Below are positions 29,516 through 43,153 of a DNA stretch of 64,000 nt, piece by piece (the stretch's first letter is position 1; each line of letters begins with the position of its first letter). A program made the position numbers and the translations under genes. The stretch comes from Octopus vulgaris (lineage: Eukaryota): assembly GCA_951406725.2 (NCBI GenBank), contig OX597818.1, positions 40,982,001-41,046,000 on the forward strand, in the 5' to 3' direction. Below the pieces are notes generated by a model. It did no database searches and was not told where the DNA came from. It was given only the letters and a program-made list of their open reading frames with translations.

Positions 29516-29914
29516 TAAGGCGGTGAGCTGGCAGAAACGTTAGCGCGCCGGGCGAAATGCTTAGTGGCATTTCATCTGTCTTTACATTCTGAGTTGAAAT
29601 TCCTCCGAGGTCGACTTTGCCTTTCATCCTTTCGGGGTCGATTAAATAAGTACCAGTTACGTACTGGAGTCGATATAATCGACTTAATCCGTTTGTCTGT
29701 CCTTGTTCGTCCTCTCTGTGTTTAGTCCCTTGTGGGTAGTAAAGAAATAGGTATTTCGTCTGCCGTTACATTCTGAGTTCAAATTCTACCGAGGTCGACT
29801 TTGCCTTTCATCCTTTCGGGGTCAATAAATTAAGTACCAGTTGCGTACTGGTGTCGATCTAATCGACTGGCACCCTCCCAAAAACTTTCCGGTCGTGCGC
29901 CTAGAGTAGAAAAG
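29516..29914 (+). mobile_element. SINE family C, dimeric (184-bp internal repeat) with 14-bp TSD
   Basis: Units start at ~29566 and ~29750. TSD aatattctttatat at 29500-29513 and 29915-29928. Confidence 0.85.
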
Positions 29915-30727
29915 AATATTCTTTATATTTTCCTTTAAGACTTAAGGCCTTGTGAATACCAAAAACAAAAAAAAAAAAGTATCTTCAGTATTTAGTTGCA
30001 CATTTTTTCTTTGTTCACAAAAAAAATATTGGTTTTAAAATTACCGCAAAATCAAAATTTATAATTATTCTGATGTTGTTAATTAATGGACATATTTTAC
30101 TGAAATATAAAATAAAATTTAATTAAGCACTCTTTGAAATTTGAGAAAATTAAAATTTTTTAACGTCTAAAGTGCAATAAGACGGCTATCAAAAATTATA
30201 AGATGATACAAAACGATGTTCCATACCTAATTATCTTTCTTTACTTCGTGGTTTTGTATAATTAACGAAAACATCATTTGCACAAATTCTTAATAAAGAT
30301 AAATAGAAAATTAAATACCATAATTAAATTTTCAGATATGTAAGTTGACAAAATTTGGAATATCGAAAGACGGCAAAAGATTTCGATTCTATTTGCGATT
30401 TATTAAAGATTAAATAAAGTTTGGAACATGATTAATTTAAAAAATATATTGCAAAAATATAATTTCCTTTAATGAAATTTTTGATGAATAATTAGGTAAA
30501 TTCCAGTTCGTGATTACAAGCTGGCTGAATATATATACCGAATATATTTAGGTTTGTAAGATTACTAGAAAATGCATTTCGAAATCAAAGAAACTGTCAT
30601 TATTATCTATGTAAGTGATACTGAAAGTTGTACTGAAATATACGTTCGTCGAATATGAATGTAAGTGATGGCTTTAACGGCGAATCAACTTAAACGTAGA
30701 ATGCTAGAATATGTCAACAAGTATCTA

Positions 30728-31293
30728 TTGGGTTGTCGGGAAAGTTCATGCCGATTTATAGTAGCTTACCTTTCGACTTATTTTAGAACATGGTTGAGTC
30801 CATAAAATAGGATTTGACTACACCTCCATTTAGAGCACAGTTTAAGCTATCTTTACGTGAAAGAAGGTTTATGTTCCTATAAACTGTATTAATTTTGTAA
30901 CCCTTTAAAATAGAAGATAAGAAAGTTCATTTTCGGCACTTGATGCTTTGGGAACTAGACAAAAATTGCTGCAGCTCGGCTGGGATGTGTTACCCCACCC
31001 TCCATATTCACCAGATATTGCTCCTTCGGATTTCCACTTATTCAGGTCTCTGCAGAATAGTCTTAATGGTAAAAATTTCAATTCCTTAGATGACGTCAAA
31101 AGATACCTTGATGAATACTTTGCCACGAAACCACCTCAATTCAGGGACGAGGGTATTTTTAAGTAAAAGGAAAGATGGAGACGCACTGTGCTACAAAATG
31201 GTTCATATTTGGTCGATTAAAAATGTAATGGAAAGTATTTATTGACCATTTTCTTTCCTTTAAAAATCGGCACGAACTTTTCGGACAACCCAA
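30728..31293 (+). mobile_element. Internally deleted mariner (Tc1/mariner) transposon
   Basis: TIRs ttgggttgtcgggaaagttcatgccgattt and aaatcggcacgaacttttcggacaacccaa with TA on both sides. Remnant N-terminus (EDKKVHFRHLMLW) is fused to LGWDVLPHPPYSPDIAPSDFHLFRSLQN. Confidence 0.93.
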
Positions 31294-31660
31294 TAGTCCT
31301 ACCCATCTGTATTCCTAGTCTAAATACTACTGTACTCTTTTTTATCTTCGATTATGCATTTTGTACCAGTATCATATTCAAGTCAATTTAATTTTATTTT
31401 GAATATACATTTGGATTCGTACACAATCAAAAGAAATCGTATCTGACTTTTCCTGGTGAGTAACATACAACAAATATTATCGTGCCCTTAGTCAGAAATC
31501 ACGTCAGGGTTTCTTCTCCTGGTAGAAGTCCAGTCAACTTATTTGAGACACTAATATCCGTGGGGAAACTATAAATATCACAAAGAAAAATCAATATTTA
31601 TGGTATTAGAGAAGTTACGAGTTAGCAGCAACGTTAGGAAACCGATTCAGATATTTTAGA

Positions 31661-31895
31661 GTTTATTCCTTTATTGCTCACAAGGGGATAAACATAGAGG
31701 GGACAAACAAGGACAGACGAATGGATTAAGTCGATTACATCGACCCCAGTACGTAAGCGGTACTTAATTTATCGACACCGAAAGGATGAAAGGCAAAGTC
31801 GACCTCGGAGGAATTTGAACTCAGAACGTAATGGCAGACGAAATACCGATAAACATTTCGCCCGGCGTGCTAATGTTTCTGCCAGTTCGCCGCCT
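31661..31895 (-). mobile_element. SINE family C monomer ending in the ccccttgtgagcaataaagg tail
   Basis: Reverse complement is colinear with the first unit of the 38234 copy. Confidence 0.85.
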
Positions 31896-33062
31896 TTTTA
31901 AAGTCTCTGTTAAATCCTTGGACTATTTTATCTAATGTGATTGTTTATTTTTTTAAGAGGATAGGCTTGGATGTGGCTAAGATGTAAATGTTATTATTAA
32001 GTGATCAGGCTTTGTTGATGCTTCCTCGTTGCCTTATTATTTTAAAGTATTATCCAGTGTTCATTCAGAAGTCTGCATCAGCATAGCAATGGAACATGCA
32101 ATGGTTTTGAAATAAAATAAAAGCAAGAAAATAACGAGCAATGTTACAAAGTATATAATTACGTTGAATATAAAGAAGGAGTGTTCAACGTTTCGGAAAA
32201 TGTTTCTTTTTCAAGAATGGAAAAATAAACTGAATGTTTTAAATAAGAAAGCACCGTGTTTGCAGCATATGCAGAACGCTGAATGGAAGAATAGATATGT
32301 GTAGAGTAGAAGTGGCTAAAATGATGTCATGTAGTAAAAAAAAAAGTTAAAAGCCAGGGTAAGAGAGATGTGCGTAAGTAGGCTTAATAATTGTTGGAAA
32401 AAAGTGTGCGGGCAAGATATATATGTCTGTACGTCTCTTCATCGCCTTGTGTCACTGTCTTGTGGGACTATTTCAATATCCGATAGCGTGTAAGTCACCT
32501 AAATAGCTCCCGAGCTGCACATTCTGCACTCCGCTGTTTTCGAGTCTGGAACGACGACATCATTACGAAACCGACCGTCAAGGCTGTGCTTTGGCGGTGA
32601 TGGGGGCGGATGTCATATCCCTGCAAATCCTCCATCTTCCTATCCCTAATACACACACCTTCAACTACTTTCCCTTTTCCTTATCCCCCATCCCTCCACA
32701 TTGCCTCTTCAGTTTCGAAGACGAGTGTCCTAATTGCCCAGTCAACTAAGCTATCTAATCCTTGAATTATAGTTTGAGTGGCTACGCTCACACTTGTATG
32801 CTTAACGTAATAATTACGCAGAATCAGAGTGAAAGAAAATGACACTAGGATGGCATTTTGAATTGGAGATATAGTCCAGTAATCGCGTTTGAAGAACCCC
32901 ATGGCAAGATCCACCGAAAGGTCTCATGGCTGCGAAATGAACGTTTTTCAACTTTCGGCTATTATGCGCGCGGCAACATTTTTTATGTAGAGACCCACGC
33001 ACAACCAAACACACACGCACATACACAGAAATGCACATACATATACATGTCCTTGCATACAC

Positions 33063-33098
<36 letters not shown>

Positions 33099-33114
33099 AA
33101 GGGTACGTACGCCG

Positions 33115-33153
<39 letters not shown>

Positions 33154-33160
33154 TAGATAT

Positions 33161-33219
<59 letters not shown>

Positions 33220-33287
33220 CTCGTATATGTCTGTGTATGTGCGTGCATATATGCGCGTCTGTATACGCACGTGTTTATATATAAATA

Positions 33288-33326
<39 letters not shown>

Positions 33327-33482
33327 CATATGCAGGAAACATATCTTTCTCTCCACTCTCCTTTCTCTCATGCTCTCTCTCTACCTTTCCTTTTCACTTT
33401 CTTTTGTTCTATAGCTTTCTATCCATCCATCCATCCATCCATTTATCTAAGTACACAGTTCGCTAACTAGTTACCCACCCAA

Positions 33483-33556
<74 letters not shown>

Positions 33557-33576
33557 GTCTATCTATCTATCTATCA

Positions 33577-33638
33577 AAGCTCTACCTTGTAACTTGTCCC
33601 ATCTGTGTGCAGCCCTGTGTGGCCAATAAAGAAACATA
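33577..33638 (+). mobile_element. ~60-bp LINE 3'-end stub inside (TATC)n
   Basis: ttgtcccatctgtgtgcagccctgtgtggccaataaagaaa resembles the 3' end at 23160-23195. Confidence 0.55.
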
Positions 33639-33648
33639 TCTATCTATC

Positions 33649-33734
<86 letters not shown>

Positions 33735-33755
33735 CCTACCTACCTACCTACCTAC

Positions 33756-33803
<48 letters not shown>

Positions 33804-34625
33804 ATAATAAGCTATCAGTGTGTCTGCTTTTTTGTTCTTCCATTTTGTAACCCCTTATAATCCAATAACCCTTCGTTTGTTGATTACCATGCATGATGTT
33901 TGCCGAACCTTTACAGACACTTGCGTGCATGCATGTATCTGTTCACGCACACACACACACACACACACACGCACACACGTATATATCTTTTTGTATATTT
34001 TGTTGTTGATGTTTATTGTTATTTTTTAACATTTGCTCCACTAAGAAAATTGCACAATTTTTCACATTCGCTGTTATGATTACGGATTTTTCGTGTTTGC
34101 TTGTATTTTATATGTTTTTTCGTGTCCATTTTCTTCTTCTCCTCCTCCTCCTACTCCTTTTCTTCTCTTACTCCTCTTCCGTCAGCTTTTCTTATCCTAC
34201 TCCTCCTCTTCCTTCCTACATCACACCAACCTTTTTAGCTTCAATTTCTCAGAAAAACCTCTTCAGAGAAAATTACTGAAAATTGGGAATATTTTGAGAA
34301 AAAAAATGGTTCATTGTTCTTTTTATATTCTCCATTTTCTTCTAGTTTTTTTTTGTTTTTAGTTTCTATATTATTTTTCCTTCATGCAATTTTCTTTCTT
34401 TGCCTCCTTTTTTCTTTTCTTTTTTCCCCTGCACATTTTCTCATCTTTTTGTGATTATTTATCTTCTCCATCCTTTCTGCCTCTCAACATCACCATATCA
34501 TTTTCCCCACCTTCTCCTCTTTTTTCCCCATAATAATTCATATACATACATAATACATACATACATACATATATACATACATACACATATACATACACAC
34601 GTACACACACATGTGTATATATATG

Positions 34626-34660
<35 letters not shown>

Positions 34661-34826
34661 TCACATATACATATATATATATACATATACATTCATATTT
34701 ATATTTATATATGTATACATATATGCATACATATGTATACATATATACATATACATTCATATTTATATATGTATACATATATGCATACATACATACATGC
34801 AAACATATATATATGTATGCTTATAT

Positions 34827-34877
<51 letters not shown>

Positions 34878-35064
34878 ATACATACTTACATACATACATA
34901 CATACATACATACACCTTTCATCTACCACTCCAATCACAGAATTTTTCGCAGCCAAACAGAAAATGATGTGTAAAGTAAACTGCTTTTACAGATAGCTAA
35001 CACCTCAATATAGTAGTGGCTATCGTCGTCGTCGTCGTTGTTTTTCTGTTGTTGTTATTTTTGC

Positions 35065-35103
<39 letters not shown>

Positions 35104-35129
35104 CATTATAATTATTATTATTATTATTA

Positions 35130-35403
35130 TTGAGTGAGAGAGCAGCGCATGCCATCAAAGTGACACTGGGATAAAATATACGAAGCCCAGCATACCCATC
35201 ATGACTACCTGTCTGATAAGGGTACACCAGGCACATGCATCACAACCATATGTGCGCGACACGGTGACCTCATATCAAGATAAACAGCACATGACTTTGC
35301 AGGTGGGGCCCAGTTAGAATTTTCTTCTGGTCGAGTAACCCACCCCTCTCAAAAGGTCCCTGAATAAAGATTGTTTAAGAATGTTGAACGAACCACCCAT
35401 GTT
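35130..35403 (-). mobile_element. Probable retroelement 3' region abutting an (AAT)n tract; family unassigned
   Basis: GC-richer block with a sharp boundary at (ATT)n. No second copy in this window. Confidence 0.35.
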
Positions 35404-36186
35404 GAAGAATGTAATTAATGAGCTCTCTTAAAGTGATTTTAATGCATAGACACTTGTTCCCAGAGTAAATCGAAATGAATCATTGATACTAACATTTGGA
35501 AATTTTGCCATTTGGAGGTTGAAAATGTAAAATTAGGGGTTTTGCCCTAGTCACATAAGTAATTTGGTATTGAACAGAAATTTAAATGAAATCATTAATA
35601 ATGATGAGTATTCATCACAGTCGACCAGTGACATTTAAGAAACGTTCTTTGTTCGGTTAGCCTTTTATTCGCCGAGATTTCCATTCTATTAACCTACCTT
35701 TATAATTGAATATTACCAACGAAATCTATTAACTTTTTATTATTTGAAATCGTTATTTGAAAGGCAAGTATTCCGACTTCACTGATTGCTGTGGAGACGA
35801 TGATGTGTTTTAATCAAAGTAAATTTACTCAATGAAAGAATGGCTGATAGCAAGCCACGCAAAACGTCACTATTAACACGTCACACAGATGTCTAAGAGA
35901 CTTCGAAAACCGGTCTTCATATTTCCTAATGATCTTAAATAATAGGATGTAATTTTAGAGGTGGAGCAAATGCTGGGATTTTGACGATAGTTATTAGGAA
36001 TGAGTTATTTAAGATGGGAAAATATGACAGAAATGAAAGTGTGTTGGAGAGGAAGAGTAATACGGAGGTAATATTACGGACAGTTTGTTACTACTGACAG
36101 TTTCCGGCACAGCATATCTGTGTGGAGTGTATGTATGCGACTGCGGACGACTGTTAAAAGTATACTTACAGAGCCACACACGCATG

Positions 36187-36220
<34 letters not shown>

Positions 36221-36374
36221 TGTATGTATGTATGTATGTATGTATGTATGTATGCATGTATGCATGTATGTATGTACGTGTGTGCATATGTATGAGTGTG
36301 AATATGCATGTATGTATGTATGTATTACAGACGGATGTGTGTGTGTGTGTGCGTGAGTGTGTGTGTATGTGAGT

Positions 36375-36487
<113 letters not shown>

Positions 36488-37847
36488 CCCTTCTATTTCT
36501 AATTATTTGAAGTCTTCTTGTAGGAAAGGAGCTGGTTTTTTTACAAAGATACAAAGCTTCAGTGTTCGAATATTAATAACAGAACCACTGTCACATTTTC
36601 AACTTGGTGGTATGTAATGTATCTTATCACCGGTCCAGGAGAAGCTACTCTTTCTGTCAATGCTGTTATTGTCCTCTAGCTTACGGGATAAGTATCCATG
36701 CATTGCTTTTCGCATTATATATGTATATATGCACGCATGCATGTATGTATTGTAACGGTTACTGCACGACAAGTAAACAGTCCCCGCTCGAAACCAGGAA
36801 GTAAAACAAACAGATCTGTACAATTCAATTATGTATTGAGAAATATAGTAAAAGTTTACAATAATGGCAGTACAAAGTTGTTACAAAATAATTAGTCAGT
36901 AGCCAAATATTGGTCCAGATAAAATAGTCACTACAGTCATGAATCCAAGAAGTATAACTTGTATAAATGTGAGTTCTTGATAACAGAGAGTTCAATGTCA
37001 AAGATGGCGGTCGTATTTCCTTCTCAAACGCCTGCAATTTTGCCTAAAATCGTAATTTCTCCGAGCCGATCGAAGCGAAAGGGGAAGTAACCCTTTTTAT
37101 TTTTCTTGAGAATAGTTGGTGTAATATAGATCTGGACTTCACTGGTTCAAAACCAACCAATAGTCTAAACTTTTCCGACCCCAAAATAACTAAAACTCAA
37201 TCATTGCAATATTATAATTAAGAAAAATGCATTCTCACAACAGTAGGTATGCATGCATCTATGCATGCATGTATGCATGTATGTAATATAACTGGAACTC
37301 GGACACAATTTCCGACCATGAAATTTCCGTGGTTCCATTCACTGAACTAGCAGGATCATTGACTTAACACATAGCTGGGTGAATATTCCTGAGACACATG
37401 AACACTTAATGAAATTCTCAAGTGGAGTGAGCCCGACCACAGAGTGACAAGGTTAGACATCGGTATTACGGGCACACTCCAGCCAACAGGCTTCTGCACA
37501 GTTTCCGTCAACCTTGATTTCACTTACCTGTATGGGTGGACCGAAGTCTATAGAAAATTATACTAGTCAAAATGCAACGCAGCGGAACCGAAATCCGGGC
37601 TTCGTGATTGTGAGATTTCTTTATTATGATCATAAGATCTAATATAGAAGGACAGTACAGAACAATACAAAACATTAATAAAGAAATACTCAGCGAGTTT
37701 TTCTCAGTTCGTGTTTTTTTTAAACAAAAATATATTGAGTTAAAAATAGATGATTTATATTGTTAAAAATTTTGATTTCTTTACATTTTTTTTCTTGTTG
37801 GTCTACTGTCCAACGGCTACATCCTTTTTTGTTTTCCTCGCGGTAGA

Positions 37848-38040
37848 TTAAGTAGGGGCACTCACTCCCAACTTCCTTACCACATCCTTCCATCTTTTCT
37901 CATATATACTTCTAGACAGGTGTCTCCTTTCCAGCCCTATCTTGCTTTTCAGGTGATACCTGAAGTAGTAAAGCATTCCGTGACTGATTAGAAAATACAT
38001 TTCTATAATTTCCTCAGCAATCGTTAACCGTCTGCAATAT
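37848..38040 (-). pseudogene. Divergent L1/Tx1-like ORF2 C-terminal fragment
   Basis: YFRYHLKSKIGLERRHLSRSIYEKRWKDV aligns by eye with the frame-corrected FLKFYLKR.LRVE..QSSNEFTERWVKV at ~22805-22895. Confidence 0.45.
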
Positions 38041-38233
38041 GAAATCGTATTTAGAGTTACGGTTGTTACGCATATAACTAAATCATGTAGATAGATTTGT
38101 ATAGCTGACATATTTTCTGTCGTTAATTCTGTAACCTAAATTACAAACGGCTCAGTGGTGTTTATTTTTCATACAAAACTTTACTACAGAGTACACCCAA
38201 AGATTTTAGCTGTCAATATGTTCGTAAATTAAA

Positions 38234-38833
38234 GGTGGTGAGCTGGCAGAAACGTTAGCACGCCGGGCGAAATGCCTAGCGGTATTTCGTTTGCCGCTAC
38301 GTTCTGAGTTTAAATTCCGCCGAGGTCGACTTTGCCTTTCATCCTTTCTGGGTCGATTAAATAAGTATCAGTTACGCACTGGGGTCGATGTAATCGACAT
38401 AACCCGTTTGTCTGTCCTTGTTTGTCCTTTGTGTTTAGCCCCTTGTGTGTAGTAAATAAATAGGTATTTCGTCTGCCGTTACGTTCTGAGTTGAAATTCC
38501 GCCGAGGTCGACTTTGCCTTTCATGCTTTCGGGGTCGATTAAATAAGTACCAGTTACGCACTGGGGTCCATATAATCGACTGAACCCGTTTGTCTGTCCT
38601 TGATTGTCCTCTCTGTGTTTAGCCCCTTGTGGGTAGTAAAGAAATAGGTATTTCCTATCTTTTTGAATTCTGAGTTCAAATTCAATCGAGGTCGACTTTG
38701 CTTTTCATCCTTTCGGGTCGATTAAATAAGTACCAGTTACCAGTTAAATTAAGTACCAGTTCCGTACTGGACTCGATCGAATTGACTGGCCCCTTCCCCA
38801 AAAATTTCGGGCCTTGTACCTAGAGTGGAAAAG
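38234..38833 (+). mobile_element. SINE family C, trimeric (182-184-bp units) with 19-bp TSD
   Basis: Units begin ggtatttc at 38281, 38463 and 38647. TSD aatatgttcgtaaattaaa at 38215-38233 and 38834-38852. Confidence 0.9.
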
Positions 38834-39059
38834 AATATGTTCGTAAATTAAATCAATTTATTAGATACATAAGACAGGCGTAAACGTCAGTAACGTTTAT
38901 ACAATCTCATCGTGAACACTGAAAGTGGAGAGTGCGACTGGTCGATGTCATTTCAAGTATTCTATTTTTCTTCAACAGTGTATATGAGTGTGCATACCTA
39001 ACTTTGCATTTACACATATTAGACACATTCAAACATTGTATATATATATGTACATATAT

Positions 39060-39169
<110 letters not shown>

Positions 39170-39622
39170 CATTTATATATACATGTGTGTGTGTGCATAG
39201 TTTTTGTGTATATATATACATATTAACACGTAGTGCTGAAGTTGTGGTATTGCACATCTTGCGCTTTTAGACATTTATACACACTGCGGTAATATAAGCA
39301 GGCGAAGGAAATTGTTTGAAACGAGACAACAGAATCATCATTGGTTTACCTTTGTAATTGCATACAAAGCGACCTCTTCATCTCCGCCACCCGCACTCCA
39401 AACCACAAACCGCACACTACCACTCCCACATCTCCACCTACCCTTACATTGCCGCCGCATCACCTTGCAATCATCGAGTTATTGTAGCTGAAACACGGTT
39501 TGTTCTTCAAATGTGATGATGATGAAGAATTCCTCTTATATGCCATAAACCATTTGCAGCTGCCAATGAGCAACAAACGATTGTGCCATGTATATCGACC
39601 TTGTTTTAAGGAGAGAGAGAAA

Positions 39623-39666
<44 letters not shown>

Positions 39667-39812
39667 ATTAATCCCAGAGCTGTCTTATTCTATGCCAGCC
39701 ACTTCACAAGTTGGAATTGACCACTCAATACAGGGGAAGTAAGCAAAGCAATTTAAGATAGATGAATCTGTCCTTCTACTCGAATATATAAATGTGTGTG
39801 TTTGTGTGTGTT

Positions 39813-39884
<72 letters not shown>

Positions 39885-40496
39885 TGTACGTGAATATGTG
39901 TGACAATGTATTATGAATATATTTATGTATAGATAGATACATACATATACATATATATATATATAATATATATAATATGATATATATAATATAATATAAT
40001 ATAATATAATATAATATATATATATATATATACATATACACAAACACATATACACATACACAAAATATGTATATCTGCATATTGGTGGTGGTTGCAGCGT
40101 GGAGTGTGGGAAGGGGTTAAATTTTCTATTCTATTGAAGAGTATCCAAACGCCTACAGACTTCTTTCTTCGGCGCCGTTGAAGTATGTTGGCAACTGGAG
40201 GAGGAAGAAGAAAACAAGGAGAAGCAGAAAAGCAGGAGGAGGAGAAAGAGGAGAACACATTGAGAGGATGAAGAAAAGAAAACTGAGAACAACCACAAAA
40301 GGGGAAGAAAAACAAATATCATGGTTATGATGGCGGCTACAACAAGAACAACGATGATGATGTTGAACATAGTATTGGTAACGACGACAGTAATGAAGGC
40401 GGTGATGATGATAGCGACGACGATAACGACAATGAATAATAGTTGCCAATAGTCTTATACTTATTACATGCTTTCATTGCGCTTCCCAACACAGTT

Positions 40497-40802
40497 TGTT
40501 TGTGTGTTCCTTCTCGAGCCACGCCTGGCTCGTAAGGGCCGGTTTCCCGGTTTCCTTGACGTATAGGTTCCCCAACTGGACGCGACGCCGGTCCGTCGCA
40601 GGTGAGCTGCAAGATGCAGGAGGAAAGAGTGAGAGAAAGTTGTGGCGAAAGAGTCAGCAGAAGTTCGCCATTACTTTCTGCTGGAGCCGCGCGGAGCTTA
40701 GGTGTTTCGCTCATAAACACACACATCGCCCGGTCTGAGATTCGAACCTGCAATCCCTCGACAGCGAGTCCGATGATCTAACCACTAGACCATGTGCCTT
40801 CC
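40497..40802 (-). mobile_element. SINE family A, full length
   Basis: Reverse complement is near-identical to 1328-1616 and retains a segment deleted there. Flanking caa(c/t)acagtt is a likely TSD. Confidence 0.88.
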
Positions 40803-41084
40803 CAATACAGTTCTGTGTCCCATTTTTATCTGCAGAACCTTGTTTTGGTTTATTGTTTTGAGGATATTTTATATATAAGTTCGCAGTGCCTAATAAGGGT
40901 ATTTTCTGTGAGCTGTGTATATTTGAAAAGTCTTGGAGTTTGGGTTGTGAATTTGTCTACGTGTTTCTTTCTTTGCTTTACTTTAATCAGTCACAAGATG
41001 TCTATTGATATAAATCGTGTTTCTATTTTCAATCAATCCTACCAATTTTAGCCGACCTTATCATTAGTGCTTCATATTTTTCTT

Positions 41085-41481
41085 TATTTTTATTTTTTTA
41101 TTTCATCTAGTTTCAGCTCATGTGCTGTAGCCATGATGGGGCACCGCCATTTGGTTTTGCTACATAATTTTACTTCACGAATGCTTTTTAGCAATTGATA
41201 TTTGGTGCATGAGAGAGTTTGATGTAGCTATCCTCATCTGCACCTCTTGCCGCGAAGTTGGTTCATCTGGGACACCTGACAGGAAGAGGTCCAGCTTTAT
41301 TTTGAAGACACCTACAATCACTCAATGCAGGTCTCTCAGGTCCTTCGGGAGATTATTGAAGAGCTGTGGACCTCTGAAGCCCAGGCTATTGCGGTATCTT
41401 GTCCTACATCTTGATGGCAAATTTAGAGTCCTTGGCACTATGCAGTGGCACCCAGTTCTAGTATTTGCATAAATTTTCCAC
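41085..41481 (-). mobile_element. 5'-truncated CR1/L2-like LINE (ORF2 end plus 3'UTR)
   Basis: Minus strand: RNSLGFRGPQLFNNLPKDLRDL..VFKIKLDLFLSGVPDEP..SNSL. 3'UTR ggcggtgccccatcatggctacagc..gctgaaactag followed by an A-rich tail. Confidence 0.8.
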
Positions 41482-42017
41482 AGTTATGTTGTCATTTGTT
41501 GAGGCTAAAACTTCAGCCAGGTAATACTTCGTTTTCTGGTGATCATTACACCAGAGTTTTCAGTCATGTGCAGTGAACAATCTACAGAAGCTGACCGTAA
41601 ACTGGGATCAGTTCCAATCTAGTGAAGCGGAAAGTGATGACGTTGTTGTGTAAGTTTCCAACAAGGGCAACCAGTTAGAAAATCTTAACCCACAATAACT
41701 CTGTTCAACACAGTTAAAGAATCTCACAAAGGTACTCACCAAGGGTCGGTGCATGTTGTCGACAGTATAACTGAAGATCGGCAAACTCTACCGTCTTTAC
41801 AAGCATTGAATACGCATTGGATGTTGTCTGTGATAAACTATCAGATAAAGGGTGATCATGGTTAGAATGCTTTTAATCATAAGTCTGCTCAAGCAAATCT
41901 GATTTAGGCCCCCAACAACAACTTCCTGTGAAAATTTTGACTGTGTTCTAAATCAAAAGAAATTATTTTAGTTATTTATTTTATGAATATACAAGATAAC
42001 TAATATATAACGCTGAC

Positions 42018-42202
42018 AGGCGGCAAGTTGGCAGAAATGTTAGCACGGCTTTACGTTCAGAGTTCAAATTCCGCTGACGTCGACTTTGCTTTTCATCCTT
42101 TTAGAGTCGATAAATTAAGTACTAGTTGCGTACTAGGATCGATTTAATCGATTAGCCCCCTTCCCCCAAAATTTCGGGCCTTGTGCCTAGAGTAGAAAAG
42201 AA
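42018..42202 (+). mobile_element. SINE family C monomer with the gggccttgtgcctagagtagaaaagaat tail
   Basis: Colinear with the terminal unit of the 29516 and 38234 copies. Confidence 0.85.
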
Positions 42203-42904
42203 TTACACAGACAGTTGGACGTATGACGGGGTGGCTATTCCGCCCGAATAGAATTTCGTTGAACTTTAGAAATCGCCTCTAAGCACGAATGCGTTCCTCT
42301 TGGCAGTGGTCCGTAAATTTAGAGTACAGGATCTTTATTGGCATTCTTGTACCTAGCATCTTTTATATATGTCGTAAGCATAGAAGTTGATGTTTTTCAG
42401 GATGTTCTGGTCTCGCATGGATATTTTTGTTACTTATGTATCGTTGTTTCTGACACACTCATCCCATGTCACATTCAAGAACAAGTTCAGATTTTACTTG
42501 ACAAAATCTTTCTAGTTTACATATTTCATGTCGATATGGCGCCCAAGTTACATAACCATAGAGCGTAAAAGTTTGAAACAGATAAAAACAGTTTTGTTTT
42601 GAGTCTCAGATTACGTTGTGAAAAATATGGCATGAGATCTGCCGATAGTGAAGGCACCGTCATGTAAAACAGAAACATCAACAACACTGATGCAGAAGTT
42701 TGTATATGCTTTGGTCGAAAAATTGTAAATATTTTCTTGTGTTTTATCAGTCCACTTCCTTATAGAGTCATAAAATATAATTTTAAAATGACAAAACAAA
42801 GCTAAATTTTTTAATTTAGGTTATTTTGCAATGAAAATGTGCTGAAAGCAGCAGTTTGTTGTATAGTATGACGAAGTTAACATTATTTTTTAAAAAATAA
42901 ATAA

Positions 42905-43153
42905 ACGTGCCCTTTTAAAGCCTAGCCAGGCTCATGGACCCGGTTTCCCGGTTTCTATGGCGTATGTGTTCCTCAGCTGGACGAGACGCCAGTCCATTGC
43001 AGCGTTACTCATTTTTGCCAGCTGAGTGGACTGGAGCAACGTGAAATGAAGTGTTTTTCTCAAGAACACAACGCGTCACCCGGTCCAGGAATCGAAACCA
43101 CAATCTTATGATCATGGTGCTGACAACCTAACCACTAAGCCACGCGCCTCCAC
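42905..43153 (-). mobile_element. tRNA-derived SINE: family D core joined to a family A-type tail
   Basis: Minus strand gtggaggcgcgtggcttagtgg..ggtttcgattcctggaccggg..cacgttgctccagtccactcagctgg..gaaaccgggaaaccggg. Confidence 0.85.

Noticed and set aside
30948-31166. Functional transposase or SETMAR-like gene
   Set aside because: Only the C-terminal part remains, with an internal deletion and a premature stop, inside TIRs.
32180-32220. Minus-strand hammerhead remnant (cttgaaaaagaaacattttccgaaacgtt) and a possible GIY-YIG remnant nearby
   Set aside because: The core is too degenerate and no convincing protein motif could be read.
37000-37012. YY1-like motif aagatggcgg (also aatatggccgcc at 7905) as a promoter
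   Set aside because: Isolated short motifs with no supporting promoter context.
38281-38833. CRISPR-like or satellite array
   Set aside because: The units are whole ~183-bp SINE bodies with no unique spacers, in a eukaryotic context without cas genes.
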